Of a stretch of DNA of 64,000 nt, positions 12,042 through 23,914 are shown piece after piece. How positions within the stretch are numbered: position 1 is the stretch's first letter; the number at the start of each line of letters is the position of its first letter. Source of the stretch: the human T2T-CHM13v2.0 reference genome, Homo sapiens; NCBI RefSeq assembly GCF_009914755.1, contig NC_060927.1; one strand, written 5' to 3'. The position numbers were made by a program, and so were the translations under genes. The notes beneath the pieces are model-generated. The model made no database searches and was not told the origin of the DNA. It saw only the letters and a program-made list of their open reading frames with translations.

Positions 12042-13942
12042 TAATTTAAAAATTGATGTTAAAAATATTTTTCTATGTATTTTTATCCCTTGTGAAATTT
12101 TAATAAAATAATCCAGGCACGTAGTTTAAAAAAAAAAATCAAGCAGGACAAAGGACTTATAATGAAAACACCAGATGGTCTTAATACCTTCAGTCTCACT
12201 AGCTGAGGAAATCATTTTAATGGTTTCCTATGTAGTTTTTTGGAGTGATTGCCTCCAAATGCTAAATGATATACTTAATTACTACATCTCATTTATCAAA
12301 TTTAATATAACATATTAGGCATAAAAGATGAGAAGTTTACACTACTTCATTTCCACTACCCTGCCAACTTGTAACTCCTCACTTACTCCCAATCTTTGAT
12401 AGTTCTATCAAAGAGCTATCTGAAAGAACTTTGGCCCTCTAAAGGACTTTACACCTTTATATTATAGATTTAAACTGTCATTTCATGTTCATCAATTACT
12501 CTCAACACCCTACTATATACGATGAAAATATTAGTATTTCACCTCTCTTTTCTCTCCTTGTATCCTTCCAGTTTTTCACTTCCTAATTTACACTCTTCAT
12601 TATCTTTCTACCTTTCAACATGAATATTTTCATAATTTTTATTCTATTCTAAAAAATAATGCCTTTTTTTTTAATCTATAGAAAGTGGGGGCATGCAGCA
12701 GACATGGGAAGACATTTCCTAAGAGGAACAGAAGGGATAGGATGGTTCTCCATGGCAGTGGGCAAAGTAAATTCTATTTTCTGTCTTCCTACAGCATCTT
12801 GAGTAAAATATTGATTTGTTATTAATGCAATGTGGAATAGAATATGCTTTGTAAAGGTGCCTTCATGCCTGAGTCTTGGCCAAAGGTAAGCATGGTTCAA
12901 AAAATAGGTCTTTCAAGGGGATCTCATTACACTCTGATTACAAGAGCATATACTTAGGTCTTGAATTATGTTTTAGCGTAAGTCTTTAAGGGTGTCATAG
13001 AAAGGTGATCTATGATACCAAAGTGATCACAAAGCAGCGCTGGTTAGAGTATGTGGCCTGGGTCAAAGGTGAGAAGGAATCTAGTATAATGCCATGTTAG
13101 GGAAGTTAAGAAAGTAAGTTTTATTCTTGGAGAATAGTTTTTAGAAAAATAAAAAGTCACCAACATGTGGGTTTTGAGTGTAAAACTGTCATGGGTATTC
13201 TTTGAATAATCAGTTTGGGAAACGGAGTCAGGGTAGAAGGCAGTTTCACTGGGAAATGACTGCGTGATGGGGGAGGTTTCCAGGAAACTTGCATAAGGAA
13301 GTCTGTAGAAAATTTACTGGACAAACTGGAAGGGAAAGCAAGTCTTATCTATCCCCAAAGGCCCATCTCAAAGTGTCATCTCTTCACAAGATTCTTTCTG
13401 CCTTCTCCAGCCCCTTGCTGATTGAAAGTCCTTTCTCCCCCTTACATTGTCATGATCATCTTTCTTGTCCCTCTTAGACAACTTATCCACCTTTTGCTTT
13501 GTGTTAGGTTACTTATAAATATGTGATGTCTGTTCAATTAGATGGCAACTTAATGTTGAATTTATCTTTATCTCCCCAACACCTAGACCAAAATCTTACA
13601 CATAGCAGGCATTTAATGTGTCTTTCAAATATGTGTTAATATGTATATGCATGATTAAAAGAGAAATGTGTTCAGTTCTTTTCTCGTTTCCTTCCTTTGT
13701 TTCTACCTTTCCTCCAACTATCCTTTTTTTCATTCCTTCCTTTCCCCCACCCCACTACTTTGCCTTATTTTTTTCCTTTTTCTATCAAAGATAAGGTCTA
13801 TGCATGCAGGGACAGGGAAAGGTGGAGGTTTGAAGGATTAGTAGAGATTGAAAATCCTAAAAGAGAACGGGAATAGAAATGATAAAAAGAGAAGAAATAT
13901 GATCCAGATATTTTTAAAAATTCTTCTAAAAAAGAGAGTGCA

Positions 13943-13986
13943 ATATACACATACTATGTACCCACAAAAATTACAATTAAAATTTT
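13943..13986 (+). mobile_element. Ultra-short (44 bp) 5'-truncated L1MA-type insertion with 16-bp TSD
   Basis: Insert 'atatacacatactatgtacccacaaaaattacaattaaaa' matches the extreme L1MA 3' end. It is flanked by the perfect direct repeat taaaaaagagagtgca at 13927-13942 and 13987-14002. Confidence 0.85.
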
Positions 13987-14496
13987 TAAAAAAGAGAGTG
14001 CATAAACCTCTCTCTAAGGCTGGAAGGGCCAGGCCAGATTATGAATGTAATATCTTAGCTGAGCATGCACTGAAGTTTTTTCAGTGATGCTTGCCTGGAT
14101 GTGAAAGTAGAGGAGTGTTCAAATTCTTGCCATTCCTCTGCACTAAGAATAGATTGAAAAACAAACAAGAATCCAATTACCATAAACACATTTCAAATGT
14201 GAGTGAACAGAGTTTTAAATCCAAAGGGAAAAAAATACAGAGGTTTATATAGTTTCTGTTTGAAGGACCAGCAGTCCATAAAGCAATTATCTGCATTCAA
14301 ACTAGCTGTCAGAATTGATGGACATTTAAATATAGATCATTATTATGTTTGAGTCACTTAGGCCTCTTACAGAATTAATCGAAAGGAATCTCAAGAATCT
14401 AAAGAAAATTGTGGCATTTATTACATTTAAAATGTAATAAAGAGTAGAAGATTCAAGGAAGAGAATGCTGACTACTTTCTAAGCCGTCACCTAAGG

Positions 14497-14992
14497 GAGG
14501 GGTCCCATGGCCTGTTAGGAAACAGGCTGCACAGCAAGAGGTAAATGGTAGTCAAGAGAGTGAAGCTTCATCTGTATGTACAGCCGCTCCCCATCACTCA
14601 CATTACCATTTGAGCTCCGCCTTTGATCAGATCAGTGATGGCATTAGATTCTCATAGGAGCATGAACCCTATTGTGAACTGTGCATACCAGGGGTCCAGG
14701 TTGCATGCTCCTTATGAGAATCTAATGCCTGATAATCTGTCACTGTCTTTCATCACTCCCAGATGGGGCTGTTTAGTTCCAGGAAAACAAGCTCAGAGTT
14801 CCCACTGCTTGCACATTATGGTGAGTTGTATAATTATTTCGTATATATTACAATGTAAAAATAATCGCAATAAAGTGTACAAAAAATGTAATGCGCTTGA
14901 ATCATCCCAAATCCACCCCCTACCCACCAGTCCATGTAAAAGTTGTCTTCCATGAAACCTGTGCCTGGTGCCCAAAAGATTGAGGACCTCTG
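14497..14992 (+). mobile_element. MER1A DNA transposon (hAT-Charlie)
   Basis: Diagnostic 'ggcattagattctcataggagcatgaaccctattgtgaactg...ccttatgagaatctaatgcc'. 8-bp TSD acctaagg / gcctaagg. Confidence 0.92.
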
Positions 14993-15489
14993 GCCTAAGG
15001 TATCTTGGTGAATTGGAGAAGTTTCAGCTCTGCTTCTCACCTTGGGGGCTCACAAATTTGGCTTTACACACTAAGAGTAGAGTCACCTCTCAGGGCCAAA
15101 CTCACAGCAACCAAGTGCATAAAACACAGCGTTACCAGAATACCAACTTCTTAAATTATACTGAGAAATTTAATTGTCAAAGGGTTCAGACATTCATATT
15201 CTCTGCTTGCAACAGTATCTCCTTGTAGGCAAGCTCTGTGGGAAGGTATTTGTAACTAGAATTTTATTTGATGCATTTGGAATTAGAGTCAGCAGAGTTA
15301 GTTGTGTAGTTCAAGGGTCTACTGAAATCCCCTGACAACTGTTCAATGCACCTATAATTTTGAGATGAATATTCCTGCCACTAGGCCTCCATAGAACGCA
15401 TGGAATTGATTTGTTTTTTACTTGTAATTCCTGTGAGATTTATTGTATATGCCATGTTCTTACGTGTTTCTTAGTATCATTACGTTTAT

Positions 15490-15640
15490 ATAATCATTTA
15501 CATTCACTAAAAGCATTTACATAAGTTATATCATAATGTCCATAGCAGTTCTGTATTAACATTATCATCTGTATTTCACAGAAATGGAAACCAAGGCTCA
15601 GAGATGACAAGTGACTTAGCTAAAGATCTCACAGGCACTA
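15490..15640 (-). mobile_element. MIR SINE
   Basis: 'tttcacagaaatggaaaccaaggctcagagatgacaagtgacttagctaaagatctcacag' matches the antisense MIR core. Confidence 0.75.
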
Positions 15641-16109
15641 GCATATGAAATTTTGAAAGCAGGAAGCATATCTTATATTTTTTATAGTTCCAAGAACAAT
15701 GCTTTATAGCTATGAGCTACTTGTAACATACTTGTTGATGATAATAGTAGTTTTATATAAAATACGTATTAACAAAACTGATACGTTTGAATATTTATGG
15801 AAATAGTCTTCATTTTACTCAGTATTTTATAAGTTTTTCTTTCAATATTGAGTTTCCCTTAATACATTTAAAACAGGATGTGCTTTATAAAAATTGGGCT
15901 TTTCCACAGCATTTTAGGAACCTGTATATATTTTAAGAAATTAATGACTTTCAACTATTATTTTAGGGTTTAAAAATGATGATTTTCTTCCTTTGGGTGG
16001 CATATCAATTATTGTTCTTAGTTGCAAACAACAGACTCCACTCCAGGAAATTTGAGGAGAAAAGTAATTTACAATCAGGAGTAGTGGGCTTGATCCGCAC
16101 TTTACCCAA

Positions 16110-16525
16110 TGCTACAGTTGCAATATTTAACCTTCTAAACCTTATGTTGAAACATGATCCTCAGTGTTGGAGGTGAGGCCTAATGGGAGGTGTCTGGGTC
16201 ATGGGAGCTGATTTCTCATGAATGGCTTAGTGCTGTCCTTAGGTAATGAGTTCCCATTCTGTTAGCTCCCCAGAGAGCTGGTCGTGAAAAAGAGCCTGGC
16301 ACCTTCTCCTCTCTCGCTTCCTCTCTCATTACGTGACCTCTGTACATGCCAGCTGCCCCTTCACCTTCCATCGTGAGTGGAAGCACCCCACATCCATCAC
16401 CAGAAGCAGATGTTGGTGTCGTGTTTCTTGTACAGTCTGCTGACTGTAAGCCAAATAGACCTCTTTTCTTTATAAATTACCCAGCTTCAGGTATTCCTTT
16501 ATAGCAACACAAATAGAATAAGACA
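16110..16525 (+). mobile_element. MSTB-like MaLR solo LTR
   Basis: tgcta... start; 'gttggaggtgaggcctaatgggaggtgtctgggtcatggg'; end 'ataaattacccagcttcaggtattcctttatagcaacacaaatagaataagaca'. Confidence 0.9.
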
Positions 16526-16977
16526 CTCAGATACTCCCAGATCCCTTTTACTGTGTTTATGTGCCTCACAGCCAGATTCTCTAGCAATCTTTTTCTAAGG
16601 TTGGCCCCTCTGACTTTCTTTAAGGCCTATTCAAGGGCTATAAATGCTGCTTTACCAACATGCACAGAGAACCTGCAGTGCTATACAGATTGGGTCCCAT
16701 GGGGCAGCCCTCACCCATGACTGGCCCCTGTGACTGCAAGTATGAGAGTCCAGCTCCTTTGCCCCAAATTGGGACAAACTCTGGATGTAATTTAAACTCC
16801 AGAGCTCCTTGCAGGATCAAGATGAAGCAGGGGTTTTGACTAAGAGCTCATCCTTGCTTGGCTTCTAAATTCTTTTCTTTCCTGCTTTCTCTACTTTCTT
16901 ACTGGTTTCTATTGGGATGACTTTCTTTCAAAGTCACTTGCACTGAATCCTCATCTCAGGATCTCCTTCGAAGGAAA

Positions 16978-17451
16978 TGTGTTTATTTCCTAGGACTGCT
17001 ATAACCAAGTACTACAACCTGGGTAGCTTAAAACAAAAGAAATGTATACTCTCAGTTCTGAAGGCTAGGAGGGCAAAATCAAGGTGCCTGCAAGGCTATG
17101 TTCCTTCTGAGACTGTAGAATATTTCTTTGCCCATTCCCAGCTTCTGATGGTGGCCATTGTTTCTTGGCATTCCTTGGCTTGCAGCTGCATCACTGAAAT
17201 CTCTTCCTCTGTCCTTACATGGAGGTTTCAGTGTGTCTCTGTGTCTTTACATGGTATTCTCCTCCCTGTGTCTCTGTTTTTCTTATAAGGACACAGATTA
17301 TATAGGATTAGGGCCATCCTAATCCAGTATGACCTCATCTTAACCAGATTACATCTGCAAAGACCCTATTTCTAAATAACGTCACATTCACAGATACTAG
17401 GGATTAGGACTACTATATATTTTTTTGGAGTACACAATTCAACCTACGACA
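16978..17451 (-). mobile_element. MLT1C-like MaLR solo LTR
   Basis: 'ctgctataaccaagtactacaacctgggtagcttaaaacaa' ... 'gacctcatcttaaccagattacatctgcaaagaccctatttc' ... 'cacaattcaacctacgaca'. Degenerate TSD ggaaa / gtaac. Confidence 0.9.
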
Positions 17452-18692
17452 GTAACCTAAGACAAATGAGGTTAGGGGACTCACAGGATAGGCCAGAGCA
17501 TTAGCCTTGGAGACTGCAAAGCAAAGAAGAATACCACCCAACCATGCCAAGAAAAGATTCCCAAGAAAAGCCACTTCTACTTAGTAAGGACACCCCTATG
17601 GCTTCGGTTGCTGCTGATACTGCTGTTGTGGAAAGAATTGTAGAGCCTCTGCCCCCCTGCCCTTGAAAGCAAGACACCTCTACTCTCACCCTCATGAGAA
17701 AACGAACTCTGTAGGTATGGCATCAGTCTTTTCATGTTGCTTCTTTCAAAGTGAAATCTCATGGAGACCAAGTGGAGAGTTGAAAGGGAGACTTCAACTT
17801 GAGCACGTTTTTGTGCTTCTACCATGGGGATGCAGGTCTCCTAAGATAAAGAATTCTTCAAATACAGCAGGAGTGCTCAAAATGTGTGACCAAGCCAGAA
17901 TACATGACAAAAGGGCCCTAGAGTTGGACTCAGTGACACATTAAGATGCCTAAGGGTATACAGAATTTTCTCTGCATTTTTAGACATGAGTTTAATTCTT
18001 TTTTGAAAAAGAAGAAATAAAACCTTCTCACTTGGGAAATTTGTTGTGACTCATATTTTCTCATTTAGAATGCAATGTTGCTTACTCTTCTTTAAGTCCT
18101 TGGTGGGCATTTACAGTTTATTATTATACTAAAGAGCTGCATGAATATTCAGCTTTTGACTTCTTATTTATTACAAAATTCTTAAAGATATTTGTATTCA
18201 AATTATTTACATAGGAGGAGAAAGAGACTTAAAGGTAAATTTCATGATTCATTGGGTTATTCCTGAAAAGCCATGTTTAAAGATTTTATATATCACTTTA
18301 TGAGACATTATCTTTATATATAATCATGAGGATATTTATTAATGTTATGGTTTTTTAGTGGAAGAGGCTTGAAATCTAGTTAGGTTCACAGTGCCAGTCT
18401 TGTTATCTGTTTTTTTCTAGTGCCCAGTACACAGCCTGAAAAGTGGCAATAAATATTTGTTATTTGAAAAAGCAAGAATAGGTTTTTTAGGTTCAAATAT
18501 TTTATATTGAAATAATTTGAAACTTGACATGTGGAATTCTTTACTGGTCAAAATGGAAGTGATTTTTTTAACTTTGCCATCTATCTTATCATACAATCAA
18601 AATCACTTTGTTACAATGTAAATTACTAAGTTTCATGTTTTGAAGGACATCCAGACAACTATGATCTTATTTTTTTAATGGTCAGTACTCTA

Positions 18693-18911
18693 TAGTGGGG
18701 GCCACGAACCAATGGCCAAATCTGGCCCGCCACCTGCTTTTGCAAGGTCTATGAGCTAAGGATGGTTTTTACATATTTAAATGTAGAATGCAAAAAAGAC
18801 TATTATTATTTAAGTGAGAACAGTTGCTCAGAGTTGAGGACATTGCCTCTTTGCCTGCCAAGCCTAAAATATTTACTATCTGGCACTTTACTGAAAGTTT
18901 GCTGACCCCTG
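18693..18911 (+). mobile_element. MER58-family hAT-Charlie MITE
   Basis: 'ggccaaatctggcccgccacctgcttttg' ... 'aagcctaaaatatttactatctggcactttactgaaagtttgctgacccctg'. Confidence 0.85.
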
Positions 18912-19204
18912 CATAAGAATATATCCAAGTAAGACTTCTGTGTTGAAAGCATTCTGTTAACATAAGAAATTAGAATCTACCAAATGTGTTGCTATATTTT
19001 ATTATGAAGAAAATCAGCCATAAAAGGAAAATAAGTATATTTTGAAAAAAATAAACCGAAAATGAAGAAAATACAATCAAAAGATAATAAAATTAAAGAC
19101 TACAGAATACCACTCTCCTCTTGCATCTGTGTTCTAGAAATGCAAAAATGGAGAAACACTGCCCACCTTAAGGCAACAAAATATATTCTAAAAATGATTC
19201 CTTA

Positions 19205-19925
19205 TGTTACAGTAGGTAACAGAGAAGAGGAGAGCAGAAAAGAGTTCCCACCACAGACACACACACACACACACACACGAAAACCAGGAATGTCAGGCGA
19301 CCATCAGGTGATGGTCAGACTGTTGTTAACTGTCTCTCTAAAATAATAATAGATATGCAGCTCACACCCGGGAAAGGCAGTCTCCCAATAAACAGAAGCA
19401 CCTGAAACTGGTAATCAACAGCTTCCCAATAAGATCTCAAGAGCTGGGCAAGTGGGCTCAAGCATGTGCACTAGGAGGCAAAATGTCAAAGTTTAACTGG
19501 CATATGGCCTCCAAGGGACATTTGGTAAGAGAACTCCTCAAGCGAGCATCTGTACAACTCCAGTAAGCACACCGTGCATGCTACCCTCCCACATGCTGGC
19601 AGGCCACTGCATATGTGAACAACTCATGCCAAGGGAAGAATCAGGGAAGAAGGGATACAAGACCCTGGAAGCATGGCACCATATAAAACCCTAAGTCAAA
19701 GGTCAAACTATGCACTTGATCTCTCAAATCGCCCACTTGGTCTTCATCCAAGTGTACTTTATTTCCTTTCATTGCTGCTCTAAAGCTTTTTAATAAACTT
19801 TCACTCCTGCGCTAAGGTTTGCCTCAGTTTCTCTTTCTGCCTTCTGTCTCCTCGGTTGAATTCGTTCTTCTGAGGAGGCCAGATTGAGGTTGCTGCAGAC
19901 CCATATAGATTCGCTGCTGGTAACA
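19205..19925 (+). mobile_element. MER50 ERV1 solo LTR
   Basis: TG...CA termini (tgttacagtaggta...gctggtaaca). Perfect 4-bp TSD CTTA at 19201-19204 and 19926-19929. TATA-like 'atataaaa' at 19681 and AATAAA at about 19792. Confidence 0.92.
19257..19278. repeat. (AC)n microsatellite inside MER50
   Basis: About 11 uninterrupted AC units. Confidence 0.95.
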
Positions 19926-20449
19926 CTTAGGTTTGTATAACACCTGTAACTTTTCAGAGCTCTCTCATGATAGTATTTAATGTCTTCTAGCTGTATTATA
20001 GCAGTAACTCACATTTTTTATTGTTTCGCACTATGAACCTCAATTGTGTGTACATTCTTTTTATCTTTCATGATGACAGTTATTCTGCTCTGCCAAGAGG
20101 TTTAGTTGAAAATCAAGAATTTCCTTGAATGCAATACTTGCCCCAAGTTTTTTGTTTGTTTGTTTTTGTTTTTTTTTATTTTTTGGCTGGAGTAGGTGCT
20201 TAAGGCTGAAAGGTACTGGAGCAATCTTGAAGTCCTCTTTGTTTCTTAAATTTTGTAACTCAATGATGTGGTTTTGGTAAAAATAATCTCCATATACTCC
20301 AAAAAATGTATTTTTTTGCAGTTACTGAACATGGTGTGAATATAAATGTTATTCCAAAGATCTCAACACCTGATGGGGAGCATAATTCAAATGTCCTAAG
20401 TTTGATTATTGAGAAGATTGTTTCTAATGGCATGTTCTGGAATTCTATT

Positions 20450-20800
20450 TAAGACCATTGTTACTAATCATGTTGACCTATGATACAGATCAAAAGGCAT
20501 ATTAATTTGGTTTAAATGAGTTGATGTTGAGAGAAATACCTAATAATTAGAATCCAAAAGATTTTCATTAGGATGGACTGAGCAGTAGACTAAATTGTTG
20601 ATATTAATTGAGATAAATATCATATTATGCACTTGGATCTAAACTATAAGAAGGTCAAGGTGTGACTTAACAACAATACATATGAAGAAAGATTCAAGGC
20701 TCTAGTTGTTTGCTAGGTCACTGTGCATCCATAGCATAATGAGATTGCAAAAATGTTTGTGATCTTAGGCTATGACAATTTTGGTCAAGTAAGGTAATGA
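20450..20800 (+). mobile_element. L3/CR1 LINE remnant (continues at about 21811-21880, after MER11)
   Basis: Highly degenerate CR1-type segments ('catattatgcacttggatc', 'atatgaagaaagattcaaggctctagttg', 'gtgatcttaggct', 'cacactttaagaag'). Confidence 0.5.
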
Positions 20801-20806
20801 CTCCTT

Positions 20807-21804
20807 TGTTGTGGGAAGTCAGGGACCCTGAACGGAGGGACTGGCTGAAGCCATGGCAGAAGAACATAAATTGTGAAGATTTCATGGACATTTATCACTT
20901 CCCCAATCAATACCCTTATAATTTCCTATGCCTGTCATTCCTTTAATCTCTTAATCCCGTTATCTTCATAAACTGAGGATGTGTATGTCGCCTCAGGACC
21001 TTGTGATGATTGCGTTAACTGCACAAATTGTTTGTAAAGCATGTATGTTCGAACAATATGAAATCTGGGCACCTTGAAAGAAGAACAGGATAACAGCGAT
21101 GTTCAGGGAACAAGGGAGATAACCATTAGGTCTGACTGCCTGGGAGCCGGGCAGGACAGAGTCATATTTCTCTTATTACTGAAAATGGGTAAGAGAAATA
21201 TCACTGAATTCTTTCCCCAGTAAGGAATATTAATAATTAACAGCCCTGGGAAAAGAATGCACTCCCGTGGGGAGGCCTCTGAAATGGCCACTCTTGGAGT
21301 GTCTGCCTTATGCAGTTGTAGATAGGGATGAAACATGCCCTGGTCTCCTGCAGCACCCCCAGGCTTGCTAGGATTAGGAAATTCCAGCCTGGGGAATTCT
21401 AGTCAGACTGGTTCTCTGCTCTTGAACCCTGTTTCCTATTAAGACATTTATCAATGACAATGCGTGCACAGTGGGACATGAAACTTCATCAGCAATTCTA
21501 GTTTCACCCTGGCCTTGTGGCCTTGCCCTGCCCATTTGCCTTGTGATATTTTGTTGCCTTTGAAGCATGTGATCTCTGTGACCCACACCCTATTCATACA
21601 CTCCCTCCCGTTTGAAAATCACTAATAAAAACTTGCTGGTTTTGCGGTCAGGGGGCATCACAGAACCTGCTGACATGTGATGTCTCCCCCAGCTTTAAAA
21701 TTTCTCTCTTTTGTACTCTTTCCCTTTATTTCTCAGACCGGCCGACACTTCAGGAAAATAGAAAAGAACCTACGTTAAAATATTGGGGGCTGGTTACCCC
21801 GATA
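20807..21804 (+). mobile_element. MER11 (B/C-like) solo LTR of HERV-K11
   Basis: Starts 'tgttgtgggaagtcagggaccctgaacggagggactggctgaagccatggcagaagaacataaattgtgaagatttcatggacattt' and ends 'tattgggggctggttaccccgata'. 6-bp TSD ctcctt / ctcctc. Confidence 0.93.
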
Positions 21805-21884
21805 CTCCTCTCTCTATTCTGTGACAGCGTGGTCACACCAAAGTCAAAATCTAGATAACACACTTTAAGAAGAGTATAGAAGAT

Positions 21885-22204
21885 CAGGAATGGCAAATGG
21901 GCTTTATGTCTTTTGTTAATTCTGATTGATTCCTTGTGGTTGCCCAGAAAAAAAAAAAATGGGTTGAAAAGGATTCTGTAACCTTATTCAAAATGGCCCA
22001 TTGGGAAATGGTGCCAGATATGTCAGTGGCAAGGAGGTAATAAACTATTGATTATTATATACATTCAGGATTGTGCTAGTAAAGGGACTATAACAGTATT
22101 GACAGAAGAGACAGCTCTCTCATCTTCTGCACACTTTAATTTTTCTCATTAGTGGTCAGCACCTGTTAAAATTTTCATATGCCTCTCAACAATGCCATCT
22201 CCTG
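21885..22204 (+). mobile_element. Ancient hAT-type DNA element (MamRep38-like)
   Basis: Imperfect terminal inverted repeats caggaatggcaaat ... atgccatctcctg; internal 'gttgaaaaggattctg'. Confidence 0.5.
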
Positions 22205-22207
22205 AAA

Positions 22208-22392
22208 CAGATGTGGGCAAACAATGGCTGGCAGGCCAAATCTGGCCCACTATTTTATTTTAAGTTTAAATGGTAAAAATGACTATTCAAGTTTTGGTGA
22301 GAACAGTTGCTCAATTTTGCCTCTTGGCCCACAGAACCTTAAATATTTAATACCTAGATCTTTACAAAAAGAAGTTCATTCTAATGCCCCTA
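22208..22392 (+). mobile_element. MER58-family MITE
   Basis: 'ggcaaacaatggctggcaggccaaatctggccc' ... 'aaatatttaatacctagatctttacaaaaa'. Shares 'gagaacagttgctca' with the copy at 18.7 kb. Confidence 0.75.
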
Positions 22393-22400
22393 TCTTAGAG

Positions 22401-22715
22401 CCATGGTTGTTCCAGATAATGTTCCACAGGTTGGCATCCAATGTTCAGGGAAACATTAATTGATCTATACAGAAATAAGTTTGGTAAATTCAAGTTTTTA
22501 AAATACAATTTTATATATATATATATTTATATACACTTTTTTGCTATTAGACTACCTAGATCTTTTAATACACTAATGTGCATTGTGAATCATCAAGAAG
22601 TAATGTAGAGTATGTACTAATTTCTGGTTATTTAACCATATTTAGTCCTTTTAAAAATATCTAATAAATGGCCTGTTAGAATGGTGTTCCACAGAATGCA
22701 TTTGAGATATTGCTG
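22401..22715 (+). mobile_element. MER103C-like hAT-Charlie element, with a (TA)n tract at about 22512-22533
   Basis: 'ttttaatacactaatgtgcattgtgaatcatcaagaag' and 'gtgttccacagaatgcatttgagatattgctg'. Confidence 0.7.
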
Positions 22716-22769
22716 AGATATATACAAAATAACAGTATATTAACAACAGCTAAATTTAACAAGAACATA

Positions 22770-23105
22770 CAGTAAGTCCTCACTTAACATTGATAAGTTC
22801 TTGGAGACTGCAATTCGAAGCAATATGATGATAAGAGAACCAATTTTCCCTTAGGCTAATTGATATAAACAAGAGTTACGCTCCTTCAGCATATTTCCAG
22901 TCACAAAAACATCACTAAATTTCTAAATAAAGAACCAAAACATTTCTCATTTTAAACATCTGTACATACATTTAACAAAGATTAATAAGGACAACATAAT
23001 TATTTACCCGCTTATTCCAATCGAGGGTCTGGGTGGCCCGAGCCTGTCCCCACAGATCAAGGTGCAGAGTGGGAACCCACCCTGGGCAGGACACCATCCA
23101 GCTGC
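22770..23105 (+). mobile_element. MER82 (TcMar-Tigger) 5' half, truncated at an AluY
   Basis: TA followed by 'cagtaagtcctcacttaa...ttcttggagactgc'; later 'ttattccaatcgagggtctgggtggcccgagcctgtcccc'. Confidence 0.85.
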
Positions 23106-23304
<199 letters not shown>

Positions 23305-23499
23305 TTATCTGGTCAGCATAGCTCCTGTTTCTGATGTAAGATGCTATTTGTTGCAACTTTGTTCTTCCATCAGATTATCAGACCATGCAAGAAATTGCTT
23401 AGCAACTCACCCCTATCAAAGACAGAGTTACAGGGAATTCTACTTGGGCTTTGGGTAGCTTTGTCTTCATGTTTATCTTCTTTGGCTTTTTAAGGCGAC

Positions 23500-23914
23500 T
23501 GTATTAATCCATGCTCACACTGCTATAAATAAATACCTGAGACTGGGTAATTTATAAAGAAAAGAGGCTTAATTGGCCCATGGTTCTGCAGGCTGTACAG
23601 GAAGCATAGCAGCTTCTCCTTCTGGGAAGGTCTCAGGAAACTTAAAATTATGGCAGAAGGTGAAGGAGAAGCATACACATCACATTACACTACACCAGTT
23701 GGAGGAAGAGAAGGAGTAGGGAGGTGCCACACTTTTAAACAATCTGATCTCTTGAGAACTCTGTCACAAGAATGGCACCAAAGGGATGACGCTAAACTAT
23801 TCATTAAGGATCCACCGTCACGACCCAGTCACCTCCCAACAGGCCCCACCTCCAACACTGGGGATTACAACTGAACATGAGATTTGGGTAGAGACATAGA
23901 TGCAAACCATATCA
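23500..23914 (-). mobile_element. MSTA MaLR solo LTR
   Basis: 'tgtattaatcc...atacctgagactgggtaatttataaagaaaagagg' ... 'catgagatttggg...aaaccatatca'. TSD gcgac / gggac. Confidence 0.93.

Larger units (their letters stand above)
16081..17464 (+). mobile_element. LTR16-type ERVL solo LTR, interrupted by MST and MLT1C
   Basis: 'ccagctcctttgccccaaattgggacaaactctggatgtaatttaaactccagagctcc'. Its terminus 'aatcctcatctcaggatctccttcgaaggaa...cctaagaca' is split by MLT1C. Confidence 0.75.
16000..17925 (-). mobile_element. Old MLT1 (M/N-like) MaLR LTR, host of nested insertions (pieces at about 16000-16080 and 17465-17925)
   Basis: 'ttcttagttgcaaacaacagactccactcc...aaaagtaattta' at the left end resembles an MLT1 terminus. 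MLT1-like sequence resumes after the LTR16 terminus. Confidence 0.55.
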
